From contig DAIDAM010000003.1 in the NCBI GenBank assembly GCA_027310625.1, positions 2,239 through 66,238 of the forward strand: a DNA stretch of 64,000 nt, in the 5' to 3' direction. The notes below the pieces were generated by a model. It ran no database searches. It had not been told where the DNA came from and was given only the letters and a program-made list of their open reading frames with translations. Below, one piece after another: positions 46,311 through 54,158 of this stretch. This DNA comes from a bacterium (GTDB lineage Bacteria; Patescibacteriota; Minisyncoccia; UBA6257; 2-01-FULL-56-20). A program made the translations under genes and the position numbers. Position 1 is the stretch's first letter. Every line of letters begins with the position of its first letter.

Positions 46311-46382
46311 TGGGGGTTCGTCTAATGGTAGGACACATCCCTTTGAAGGATGGTATTGGGGTTCGAGTCCCTGACCCCCAGC
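46311..46382 (+). tRNA. tRNA-Gln (anticodon UUG)
   Basis: Cloverleaf folded by hand: acceptor TGGGGGT/ACCCCCA, D-arm GTCT-AATGGTA-GGAC, anticodon arm CATCC-CTTTGAA-GGATG, T-arm TGGGG-TTCGAGT-CCCTG, discriminator G. Confidence 0.7.
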
Positions 46383-46394
46383 AAATAAAAAATC

Positions 46395-46970
46395 ATGCGA
46401 ACTTACGGAAAAATGAGAAAACACAGGCCGTATGAATTAAAGGAATACGATCCTGAATGGAAAGAAAAATTCCTTGAATACGCCGGACGATTGAAACCGA
46501 TTTTGGGCGACAACCTTCTTGAGATAGAACACATGGGAAGCACTGCTATTGAAGGAATGGTTGCAAAACCGCAAATCGATATACTCGCAATTGTAAAAGA
46601 TTTAGATAAAATTAAAGATATTTATGACCGTTTCATCTCCGAAGGATTTACTCCTCGCGGGAGAGAGTATGTCGGAATCGGGGATGAATATGTGACTCTC
46701 GACGCTCCAAACGGGAAAAGACTCGCAAGCATCCATATTTTTCAAAAAGGCCACCCCCGAATTGCGGAGGACAGATTATTCAGAAAATACTTGTCTACGC
46801 ATGAATCGGATAAACAGCTGTATATAAAAACCAAAAAAGAACTTTATGCCAAACACCGTGATAATTATGAAGGATACGACACGGGCAAAAATAATGTAAT
46901 CAAGGCAATCAAATTACGCGCTCAACAGTGGGCCGACGAAATTGATGGAAGTTCAATTCCAAGCCCATAG
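46395..46970 (+). CDS. GrpB-family protein (UPF0157)
   Basis: 'YDPEWKEKFLEYAGRLKPILGDNLLEIEHMGSTAIEGMVAKPQIDILAIV'. Confidence 0.7.
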   Translation: MRTYGKMRKHRPYELKEYDPEWKEKFLEYAGRLKPILGDNLLEIEHMGSTAIEGMVAKPQIDILAIVKDLDKIKDIYDRFISEGFTPRGREYVGIGDEYVTLDAPNGKRLASIHIFQKGHPRIAEDRLFRKYLSTHESDKQLYIKTKKELYAKHRDNYEGYDTGKNNVIKAIKLRAQQWADEIDGSSIPSP

Positions 46971-46979
46971 CCGCAAATT

Positions 46980-47585
46980 ATGCCCCACGCTTTTAAAACA
47001 GATTTGGTCGTTTCTCTTGCGAGCGGAATTTTTATCGGCGGCGCGCTATTTGGCGTCTTTCCCGAATCGTCCGGAAAGATCGGGATGACGGCGGCCGCAT
47101 TGTGGCTGGCGGGCGGACTCGTCGGCTGGTGGATAGCAAAAGTTTCTCTGCAGAAATTAAAAAAGCCGGCGATGCCGATTCTCACCGCAATCACAATCTG
47201 GATTCATTCCGTTTTGGAAGGAGTTGTTACGGGTCTTGCTTTCGGCGTATCGCAAATATTCGGCGTTTTCGTATTCGTCGCAATAACGCTTCACGTCCTA
47301 CCGGAATTTTTCGCGGCAACGGTGCTTATGAAAGGAACGGGTTCGACAACGAAAGGTTCGATTGCGACCTCTCTTGCGGGGTTTGGTCTTCTTTACGCAA
47401 GCTTTGCGGCGACGTATTTGCTGCTGCCCGACTTCGGAGCAGTACTGCCCGCGGCGCTTGCCGTGTCCGGCGGCGCGTTCATCTTCATCGGCCTTGCGAG
47501 TTTCTGGAAAAGAAAATCGTTTTGGAATTTTGTTTCGCTCCTGGTCGGCGCGCTGGCCGTTTTCCTGCAAACAAACCTGCAGTAA
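46980..47585 (+). CDS. ZIP-family divalent metal transporter (short ZupT-like)
   Basis: 'HSVLEGVVTGLAFG' and 'HVLPEFFAATVLM', i.e. the HxxxEG / HxxPE ZIP motifs. 6-7 TM. Confidence 0.6.
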   Translation: MPHAFKTDLVVSLASGIFIGGALFGVFPESSGKIGMTAAALWLAGGLVGWWIAKVSLQKLKKPAMPILTAITIWIHSVLEGVVTGLAFGVSQIFGVFVFVAITLHVLPEFFAATVLMKGTGSTTKGSIATSLAGFGLLYASFAATYLLLPDFGAVLPAALAVSGGAFIFIGLASFWKRKSFWNFVSLLVGALAVFLQTNLQ

Positions 47586-47641
47586 GAAAAATACTGAAAC
47601 TAATTTCATCGATAATCGCAAACCAGTAAACGAGAGTTTCC

Positions 47642-47680
47642 GAAAACACAAAAGCCCCGCAAAGGGGCTTTTGTGTTTTC
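47642..47680. terminator. bidirectional intrinsic terminator, 17-bp perfect arms GAAAACACAAAAGCCCC-GCAAA-GGGGCTTTTGTGTTTTC
   Basis: Lies between convergent genes ending at 47585 and 47703. GC core stem with U-tracts on both sides. Confidence 0.8.
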
Positions 47681-47702
47681 GGCGTTTTCAGTTTTCAGAA
47701 AC

Positions 47703-47921
47703 TTACAGCGAATTCAAATCGGTATCAACAGGTCCGAAGTCCGGCTCCTGAACGTTTATGCTGTTCAGATTGCTGTTGATGGAAGCGGTGTTGTCGCTCG
47801 TTGACAAAGCTCCCGCCGGCGCGCCGGTTGTCGGAGCGGAAGCGGGCTGATTCGACCACCACCAAACACCGAGAATAATAATGACGACAACTGCGATTAA
47901 AATGTAGGTTGATTTGTTCAT
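47703..47921 (-). CDS. small membrane/secreted protein
   Basis: 'MNKSTYILIAVVVIIILGVWWWSNQ' anchor, then a low-complexity S/N/T tail. Confidence 0.4.
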   Translation of the reverse strand: MNKSTYILIAVVVIIILGVWWWSNQPASAPTTGAPAGALSTSDNTASINSNLNSINVQEPDFGPVDTDLNSL

Positions 47922-47931
47922 GGGCTAAAAT

Positions 47932-48663
47932 TTACTGGTTTGTAGATGTGGTAGTTGATGTTGCCGTGGAGGTTGGCTGCTTCAATTCGTCAACGCCGCG
48001 AATCTGACCCAAGGTTACCGCGGCGTTTCTCACTGCTTCGCGCGCCGCTTTTACGGCATCGCCAACTTTTTTCAAGTCCCCTTGCAACGCTTTGCGAGCT
48101 TCGCCTACAACGTTTTTGAGAGTCGCATCGGTCGTGACATTAAGCGTGTAAACTTTACTCACCTGCGCCGTTACGGCCGCACGCGCGGCGTCAATCGCCG
48201 TCTGCGCTTTTGTAATCGCCGTCCTCACAGAAGCGACGTCAAGGCCGCTGGTCTGCGCCTTGTCCGCGCGCGAAACAATCCTTTTCAGAACGTCGCTGAT
48301 TTGGTCAAGAACATTAGAATAGTGAGTTGTCATTCTGGCGTTGAGATCGGTCAAACTCTTATCAATCCGCTCAACTGCCGCTTTCTTTCTTTCGTCTTTT
48401 ATATTCTGAAGTTTCGTCTTCAGTTCCTCGCGGCTTGACTGTATCGCTGTTTTCAAATTCTCGCGCATAGATTCGACTTTCTGCTTGAAAGCTTCCCGCT
48501 CTTTCTGTATTTGTTCCTGAGTCGCCTGACGCATAACCTGAACCTGCTGTTTCGCCGCCGACCTTATATCCTGAACCCGCGTTGAGGTCGTAGAAGTCGT
48601 CTGCGCCGACGCGCTAAAAACGAGCGCTGACGAAAAAACGACCGTTAAAAATGTTTTAAGCAT
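47932..48663 (-). CDS. secreted alpha-helical coiled-coil protein
   Basis: Start moved to 'MLKTFLTVVFSSALVFSASA' (signal peptide). The rest is Q/K/A-rich coiled coil. Confidence 0.5.
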   Translation of the reverse strand: MLKTFLTVVFSSALVFSASAQTTSTTSTRVQDIRSAAKQQVQVMRQATQEQIQKEREAFKQKVESMRENLKTAIQSSREELKTKLQNIKDERKKAAVERIDKSLTDLNARMTTHYSNVLDQISDVLKRIVSRADKAQTSGLDVASVRTAITKAQTAIDAARAAVTAQVSKVYTLNVTTDATLKNVVGEARKALQGDLKKVGDAVKAAREAVRNAAVTLGQIRGVDELKQPTSTATSTTTSTNQ

Positions 48664-48742
48664 GGGGTAATTATAGCAAACCCGCCAGTGGCGCAAGCAT
48701 CCCCTGTGGATAAAATGTTTAACAGGGAACTCTTTTGATATA

Positions 48743-49198
48743 ATGATGATGTCCGAAGATAAAGACGAAATGACCAATAAAAATCTTACTTTGATAATAG
48801 TGGCTCTTTTGGCAATTGCCGCGGTTTTTTTGGCCTTTAAAACAAATTACAGAAACGAGGTGAGCAAATTTTCTGAAACCGCAGGTCTGGGCGGGCCGCT
48901 TTATGCGGTGATAGTCACTTACACAAACGACGGATTTTCTCCAAAAACCGTTGAAATACAGAACGGCGTTTCGGTTATTTTCAAAAACCAATCCTCCAAG
49001 AATCTCTGGGTTGCTTCCGGTCCGCACCCGACACATAACGCCTACCCGGAAATCGACGGCTGCATCGGGAGCACGTTTGATTCCTGCGCCAATATCCCGC
49101 CGAACGTCTCGTGGTCGTTCACCTTCAAAAATTCCGGTTCCTGGAAATACCATGATAATCTGAATCCCTCGCAAACAGGAACGGTAATCGTCAAGTAA
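48743..49198 (+). CDS. membrane-anchored cupredoxin-like domain protein
   Basis: TM anchor. 'TVEIQNGVSVIFKNQSSKNLWVASGPHPTH...CIGSTFDSC...YHDNLNPSQTGTVIV' fits the Cupredoxin_1-like fold with His/Cys/His ligands. Confidence 0.5.
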   Translation: MMMSEDKDEMTNKNLTLIIVALLAIAAVFLAFKTNYRNEVSKFSETAGLGGPLYAVIVTYTNDGFSPKTVEIQNGVSVIFKNQSSKNLWVASGPHPTHNAYPEIDGCIGSTFDSCANIPPNVSWSFTFKNSGSWKYHDNLNPSQTGTVIVK

Positions 49199-49200
49199 AA

Positions 49201-49416
49201 ATGCCTACAATCCACGGACACACAATCGAGGGCGACCCAACGGCGCTTCATTACCTTGCGAATCTCGACTACGGAGAAATAGAAACCCTCGTCAATCAGG
49301 CAAAGTACGGAGGGAAAGCGAAGTTCAAATACGACTACAAGCATTACGAAATTGCCTACACTTCATCCGGAACTTACGTCGTCACGAGAGTGGAAACGGA
49401 TTCGGGGTTGTTCTGA
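49201..49416 (+). CDS. small hypothetical protein
   Basis: 71 aa, 3 nt downstream of the preceding gene. Confidence 0.35.
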   Translation: MPTIHGHTIEGDPTALHYLANLDYGEIETLVNQAKYGGKAKFKYDYKHYEIAYTSSGTYVVTRVETDSGLF

Positions 49417-49425
49417 AAAAAAGAG

Positions 49426-49458
49426 CGGCTGTCCGCCTAGGGCGGACAGCCGTTTTTG
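49426..49458. terminator. intrinsic terminator CGGCTGTCCGCC-TAG-GGCGGACAGCCG + TTTTTG
   Basis: Perfect 12-bp GC-rich stem followed by a T-run. Confidence 0.85.
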
Positions 49459-49498
49459 TTTCGACACAGCGCGCCGGGCGCGGCGTGTCAGTGTACCG

Positions 49499-50173
49499 TC
49501 AGAACCTCATCCCCGGAATGAATCCCGTCGCCGGACCGTAGCTGCGGTCCGGTTCCGAAACTTTCCTCATGAGACACCGCCTCCTCCTCACAGAATAATC
49601 CAAGAAGGAATTGAGACAGGGGATCTTGGGAGAACCATTACCGTTAAAGTCCGCGTTGCCGGAGCAATCAATGCCGAGCTCGCCTGACTCTCCCGTCAGC
49701 CGCCCCGGATGCGTAACAAGGGCGGCAGCGGAGAGATAAAAATCAAGGCCGAATTCGTTTTTCTCGAGATTTCTTCTTGTTTTTTCCACGCATACTCCTG
49801 CGTAAAACCGGCCGAGCTGTCCCGGAATCAGCCAGAAATCGCCTCTGTAAAGTCGCCTCATCACCCTCAGCGCCTGAACCGTTCTCTCTTCCCTTTCAAG
49901 TTCATCGAGAGGAACGTGTTTCGTATCGATGCCGAGGTAGTAGAGCATGAACGCCGTCGCCTCGGCGAGCGACTTTCCGACCCTCCTGTCGTCCGGAATG
50001 ACGAAGAAGTCGTCGATGCCGTTCGGCGTGTTCCACGGCAAGCGACTAATAACTTCCTCTCCGTCAAGGTACGGCAGTATTTTTTTGAGAATTGAAACCT
50101 GCGCGTCCACTGGAACGCGGACATACGTCCGCGGATAGCCGAGCGGACGCAACGAAGGAATTATCTCTTGCAC
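49499..50173 (-). CDS. hypothetical protein in compositionally GC-rich segment
   Basis: 224 aa, no motif recognised. The local sequence is visibly more GC-rich than flanking DNA. Bounded by terminators at 49426 and 50513. Confidence 0.45.
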   Translation of the reverse strand: MQEIIPSLRPLGYPRTYVRVPVDAQVSILKKILPYLDGEEVISRLPWNTPNGIDDFFVIPDDRRVGKSLAEATAFMLYYLGIDTKHVPLDELEREERTVQALRVMRRLYRGDFWLIPGQLGRFYAGVCVEKTRRNLEKNEFGLDFYLSAAALVTHPGRLTGESGELGIDCSGNADFNGNGSPKIPCLNSFLDYSVRRRRCLMRKVSEPDRSYGPATGFIPGMRF

Positions 50174-50420
50174 AAAACCTCCTTATTCATTGTTACAAGT
50201 TGCACATTGGCCCGAAGGCCATCCGAAAACGAAACGAGCTCTTTATCCAAGAGCTCGTTTTTGATGTCGTATGTTTCTTGTAGTGAGTTTTATCGAATCA
50301 TTACAACAGCAAAAATGAACTCTCGGACGAGTTTCTAAAGAAGAAAAATCCAAAAAAGCGGCGTTTCGAGTTCATTTTGTTTATAGGAAAAATGTTAAAG
50401 CCGGCAAGAAAAAATGTCAA

Positions 50421-50504
50421 CCCCCACACCAAACGGCAATGTATTTAATTTTTGCGCTGCGCCTGCCTGCTGGCGGCAGGCATAGTTGCCGTTTGGTGTG
50501 GGGG
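50421..50504. repeat. MITE-like element with 19-bp terminal inverted repeats CCCCCACACCAAACGGCAA / TTGCCGTTTGGTGTGGGGG and internal hairpin GCCTGCCTGC-TGGC-GGCAGGC
   Basis: Arms are exact reverse complements. Located 3' of the major pilin gene. Confidence 0.7.
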
Positions 50505-50512
50505 TAAACGAA

Positions 50513-50539
50513 AAACGCCCGCCTAAGGCGGACGTTTTT
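50513..50539. terminator. intrinsic terminator-like hairpin AACGCCCGCC-TAA-GGCGGACGTTTTT
   Basis: GC stem plus T-run, downstream of the pilin gene (minus strand). Also A-run on the other side. Confidence 0.6.
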
Positions 50540-50555
50540 CAAGAAACCAGCGAAT

Positions 50556-51008
50556 TTACTGGGTCAAAGAAATTGCGGTTCCGAGTTCTGCTGATGGCGC
50601 GCTGACGGTTACGCGTCCGGTGCTGGATGAAACCGAAACGTTATAGCCGCTGTCGTAGTCGGAAGTGCTCGTCCAGTGCGCTCCCGTCGCCGACGGGTCG
50701 AAGGGCATATTCGGAAGATAGGTGGGAACAACGCAACCCGCTATGTCGTATCCCCCGGTGTTCGCCATTTTTGTAGCCGTTTGAGGCAAAGCCCCCGCGG
50801 CGCAAGTGAAGATGCCTTTGTTGTCGGCCATGTTTTGTCCGATGGCGTTAAGTATTGCAAGAACGTTGGACTGTCTTTGCGTATTCCTTGCCTGAGCAAA
50901 CTGCCTTGCGGGGTTCAACGCAACTATTACTACCGCCGCCAAGATAGCTATGATGCCGATCACAACGAGAAGTTCTATCAAAGTGAAACCTTTCCTTGAT
51001 TGAAACAT
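50556..51008 (-). CDS. pilA: type IV major pilin (PilA-like)
   Basis: 'MFQSRKG|FTLIELLVVIGIIAILAAVV', the class III prepilin leader with cleavage/methylation site. 150 aa. Confidence 0.85.
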   Translation of the reverse strand: MFQSRKGFTLIELLVVIGIIAILAAVVIVALNPARQFAQARNTQRQSNVLAILNAIGQNMADNKGIFTCAAGALPQTATKMANTGGYDIAGCVVPTYLPNMPFDPSATGAHWTSTSDYDSGYNVSVSSSTGRVTVSAPSAELGTAISLTQ

Positions 51009-51083
51009 AATTTGAAAACCTGTAATTTCTCGACCTTTCTGATTTGTTTGATTATACCAAAAAGGAGAATTAATTTATCCACA

Positions 51084-51152
51084 CCCCCACACCAAACAGC
51101 AATTGCGCTTCGCGCAGATTCAATTTTGCAAAAGTTGCCGTTTGGTGTGGGG
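51084..51152. repeat. MITE-like element copy (arms CCCCCACACCAAACAGCAA / TTGCCGTTTGGTGTGGGGG, internal GCGCTTCGCGC hairpin)
   Basis: Sits between the pilin start and the upstream pseudopilin stop. Its internal sequence matches the partial copy at 965-1030. Confidence 0.7.
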
Positions 51153-51153
51153 G

Positions 51154-51585
51154 TCAGAAATTAGGCAATTCTTCCCGTCTCACAACGGAAAGAGTTGAAG
51201 AATTCACGGTAACCTTGAGATTTGTAAATGAGGAATTGAACTGCGCCTGTGTTGAAATCACTTTTTCTGCGGTTCCGCTCGCAACAATTGAAATTATTCT
51301 GCACGTATCGCTTGCAATGGAAATCGTTTCATTGCCGGAGTAAGAACTGTTCTGTGATAACTTCAAGAGCGCTTCTTCCACGCACGCCCTTGCAAGCAGT
51401 GAGCTCTTTTCCTTGTAAGAGGTGGTGGAAATATTAACGCGCGAAAGAAAAGAACCCGTGCTGATTACAAAAATTATCACGAGAACCATCGCGCCGATGA
51501 AAATGGCGGAAGTCAGAGCGATGTATCCCCCACACAACTTGCTTATGCGGGGGACAAGCCCTTCTTTGTTTTTAGAAAAGCTCAT
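51154..51585 (-). CDS. pseudopilin/minor pilin with extended leader (…LVPRISKLCGG|YIALTSAIFIGAMVLVIIF)
   Basis: Hydrophobic pilin-like helix after a Gly. Conserved leader motif shared with 52118 and 54158. Confidence 0.6.
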   Translation of the reverse strand: MSFSKNKEGLVPRISKLCGGYIALTSAIFIGAMVLVIIFVISTGSFLSRVNISTTSYKEKSSLLARACVEEALLKLSQNSSYSGNETISIASDTCRIISIVASGTAEKVISTQAQFNSSFTNLKVTVNSSTLSVVRREELPNF

Positions 51586-52118
51586 CTCAGATAAATTGTA
51601 TTTTCAATGGTTGTGGAAGCCCTTACAACTGCCTCGGATGTGGAAGCAACCACAGATAAAGTTATCCGGACTGCTTCAGGCGCAGTTCCGGAAGCAACAA
51701 GATGAGAAAAAACGATTTCCGTCACGTTTACGTTCCCGTTTGTAAGCGGAGCGGCAGTTCCGCCACCGCGACCCAAACGGACAGAGCCGGACGAAACGTC
51801 AAAAGTAAGAGGATTTTGCGAAAAATTGTATCTACTAAGGGTTAGAACGGAAGACGTCGCTCCTGCGGCCGGCGAGGAAACGCTTTCCGCGGAATTCAAA
51901 GCCCAAACGATTTTTCTCATCAAAAAGTCGGCTTCCGTTTCAACCTCGCGACGTGTTCTGTTTTGCGATTCCAGCGAAACAATTTGATAAAAAATTATCA
52001 CCGCAAAGCTGATGACTATCGCAAAAAGACCGGAATAAACCAGGGTTTCTACAAGAGTGAATCCTCCGCATAACTTGCTTACGTGGGGGACAAGTCCCCT
52101 TTGCAGTTTCTTTCTCAT
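51582..52118 (-). CDS. pseudopilin/minor pilin (MRKKLQRGLVPHVSKLCGG|FTLVETLVYSGLFAIVI)
   Basis: Start moved to the internal Met. The extended ORF-track N-terminus has no support. Confidence 0.65.
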   Translation of the reverse strand: MRKKLQRGLVPHVSKLCGGFTLVETLVYSGLFAIVISFAVIIFYQIVSLESQNRTRREVETEADFLMRKIVWALNSAESVSSPAAGATSSVLTLSRYNFSQNPLTFDVSSGSVRLGRGGGTAAPLTNGNVNVTEIVFSHLVASGTAPEAVRITLSVVASTSEAVVRASTTIENTIYLR

Positions 52119-52120
52119 TT

Positions 52121-53596
52121 TTACTGGCTTGAAGTTATGATTCTGAAGGCATCGTTCGACCTGACTGAAACGTAGACGAAGTTGTCCTCGTAATCTATCC
52201 CGGTGCCTACGTTGGGGAAATTGTACGAACTCCAGAGCGAAGGCGCGGAGGAAGTGGAGATATTCCATGCCTGGAACTCTTTATTCGTGTCCGATGTGGC
52301 AAGAAACGCAAGGTAATCTGTAACGTAAATCCCGTTAACCGATACGTTTCCCAAATTCGCAATGCCGAGCTGCGTCGGCGAGGAAGAATTGGAAACGTCG
52401 ATAATGATGAAATCGCTCGTTCCACCGGCTCTCCCGAGATAAGCTTTCGCGCCGGAAATGTAAATACTTTTCCCGTCGTCATTCCCCGAAGCGTTGAAAC
52501 TGCCGAGTTGCGCTATATGCGCGGGGTCGCTAACGTCGAGAATTAGAAGTTCCTTGGAATCGTCGGAGGTGGCGAGGTAAGCGGTCGTGCCGGAAACGAA
52601 AATGTCGTTCACGTCCGCTCCCACTTCGTAACTTCCGAACTCCGAGGGCGCCGCGGGATTAGAAACGTCGACGACATGAAACTCCGGTCCGCTCGCCGCT
52701 TTCGTGCCGATGTAGATTTTATTGTTGTAGAAAAACAGGCTTTGTCCCATTGCTCCTGAGCCGGAAACGCCTGGGAGTTTGAAAGACGCGAGAACGTAGG
52801 GCGCGGCGGGATTGTTCATATCTATCACCTGCAGCTGGGCGTTAGTGTCGGAATTGGCGACGTAGGCGTAATTTTGGACGGCATCGACAGCATTAAGTCC
52901 CGGACCGGTGTCAATTTTGGAAACGAGGTAGGGATTCCGGCCGTCGGTGGCGTTGATGATGAAAAAGTCGGGCTTGGTGCGATCCGACGCGGTGGCCGAC
53001 ATATAAATTATTTTGTTGATGACGTCTAAGCCGGTGGCGGACTCACCCGGCCCCAGGTCTATCGAGCCGAATGTGGTCGGATTTTTCCAATCGCCTGTCA
53101 CTCCCCCGCCACTGGTGTCTCCGCCGGTTGCCTGATTAACCTGCCAATTGGTGACAATTGTCGTCAGTTCAATTTTTTGGATGCGCAAGGGGTCGGTGCT
53201 CCAGCTCACTCGGCTCGTAATTTTTTTCTTGTTCGCGTCAACGTTTTCAACAATTATTTCTTTTAGAAATTCTCCTTGTGTGCTTGAACTTGAAACAAGT
53301 CCGCCGAAGTCGTTTTTCGCAAAAGCGATGGAATTCTCAATTGATTGCCTCGCCAAGTTAACGGCTCGGTTTGATTCCTGTGTATCCGCCAAAAGCGATT
53401 GACTGCTCGAAATTACCACTGCTATCGCCGACAAACTTATCGCGATAACGGCAAAGGCGATAAGAATTTCAAGCGTTGACTGCCCGGCTGCTCTAGAGAC
53501 CAGAGACCAGAAAGTAGAAACCGGGGGACGGAAACTAGAGACTAGAAACCGGAGACCAGAGAAAGAGAATAGGTTTGTTATTTTTGCGTTGTCCAT
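52121..53596 (-). CDS. large pilin-like protein with C-terminal LVIVD-repeat beta-propeller (putative pilus tip adhesin)
   Basis: 'AAGQSTLEILIAFAVIAISLSAIAVV' prepilin-like helix. Repeated 'YAYVANSDTNAQLQVIDMNNPAAP', 'AYLATSDDSKELLILDVSDPAHIA', 'FIIIDVSNSSSP' match LVIVD repeats. The N-terminal leader is encoded by GACCAGAGACCAG-type tandem repeats. Confidence 0.6.
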   Translation of the reverse strand: MDNAKITNLFSFSGLRFLVSSFRPPVSTFWSLVSRAAGQSTLEILIAFAVIAISLSAIAVVISSSQSLLADTQESNRAVNLARQSIENSIAFAKNDFGGLVSSSSTQGEFLKEIIVENVDANKKKITSRVSWSTDPLRIQKIELTTIVTNWQVNQATGGDTSGGGVTGDWKNPTTFGSIDLGPGESATGLDVINKIIYMSATASDRTKPDFFIINATDGRNPYLVSKIDTGPGLNAVDAVQNYAYVANSDTNAQLQVIDMNNPAAPYVLASFKLPGVSGSGAMGQSLFFYNNKIYIGTKAASGPEFHVVDVSNPAAPSEFGSYEVGADVNDIFVSGTTAYLATSDDSKELLILDVSDPAHIAQLGSFNASGNDDGKSIYISGAKAYLGRAGGTSDFIIIDVSNSSSPTQLGIANLGNVSVNGIYVTDYLAFLATSDTNKEFQAWNISTSSAPSLWSSYNFPNVGTGIDYEDNFVYVSVRSNDAFRIITSSQ

Positions 53597-53645
53597 ATTT
53601 TTATTTCTTGCCCGGTTGCCGGTCACTGGTTACTGGTCGCTCTTT

Positions 53646-54158
53646 TCACCAATCAATCCTACCCTCGGAATTAACGAACACATTTAGCGTTTTCACGCCG
53701 TTGGAAATTGAAACCGTGCCGGAGACGTTGGAGTTACCATCAAGTTGCGAAAAAACAATCTCCGGTGCACCGCTGATATTCATTCCGCCCGTTCTTGGAA
53801 AAAACTCGTCGTAAACGGGATTTCTCGAGGCGTATAAGCTGCCCTGAAAAATGACGTAATTCCCCGCTGAGCCGAAGTAAATGCCGTGAGCGGACTGGTT
53901 CACGTTGTTCTGCGCGCTGTTGCGGGCTTTTTTCAAAATATAGACAACTGTATCGCGCTCCGCGCTTATTACCTTTTGCCTGTAAAAATCAACGCTTACG
54001 AGCAAACCGAGCGAAAAAATCACAACCATTATGAAAGCGGATATGGAAATTTCCCACAGAGTGAATCCCCCGCATAAATCATACTTTGTGCGGGGGAGCC
54101 CCTCACATAACTTGCTTATGCGGGGGGTATCGTCAGCGAATACTTGAGGTAACTTCAT
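53646..54158 (-). CDS. pseudopilin with extended leader (…DTPRISKLCEGLPRTKYDLCGG|FTLWEISISAFIMVVIF)
   Basis: Pilin-like N-terminal helix. The leader motif is duplicated. Confidence 0.6.
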   Translation of the reverse strand: MKLPQVFADDTPRISKLCEGLPRTKYDLCGGFTLWEISISAFIMVVIFSLGLLVSVDFYRQKVISAERDTVVYILKKARNSAQNNVNQSAHGIYFGSAGNYVIFQGSLYASRNPVYDEFFPRTGGMNISGAPEIVFSQLDGNSNVSGTVSISNGVKTLNVFVNSEGRIDW

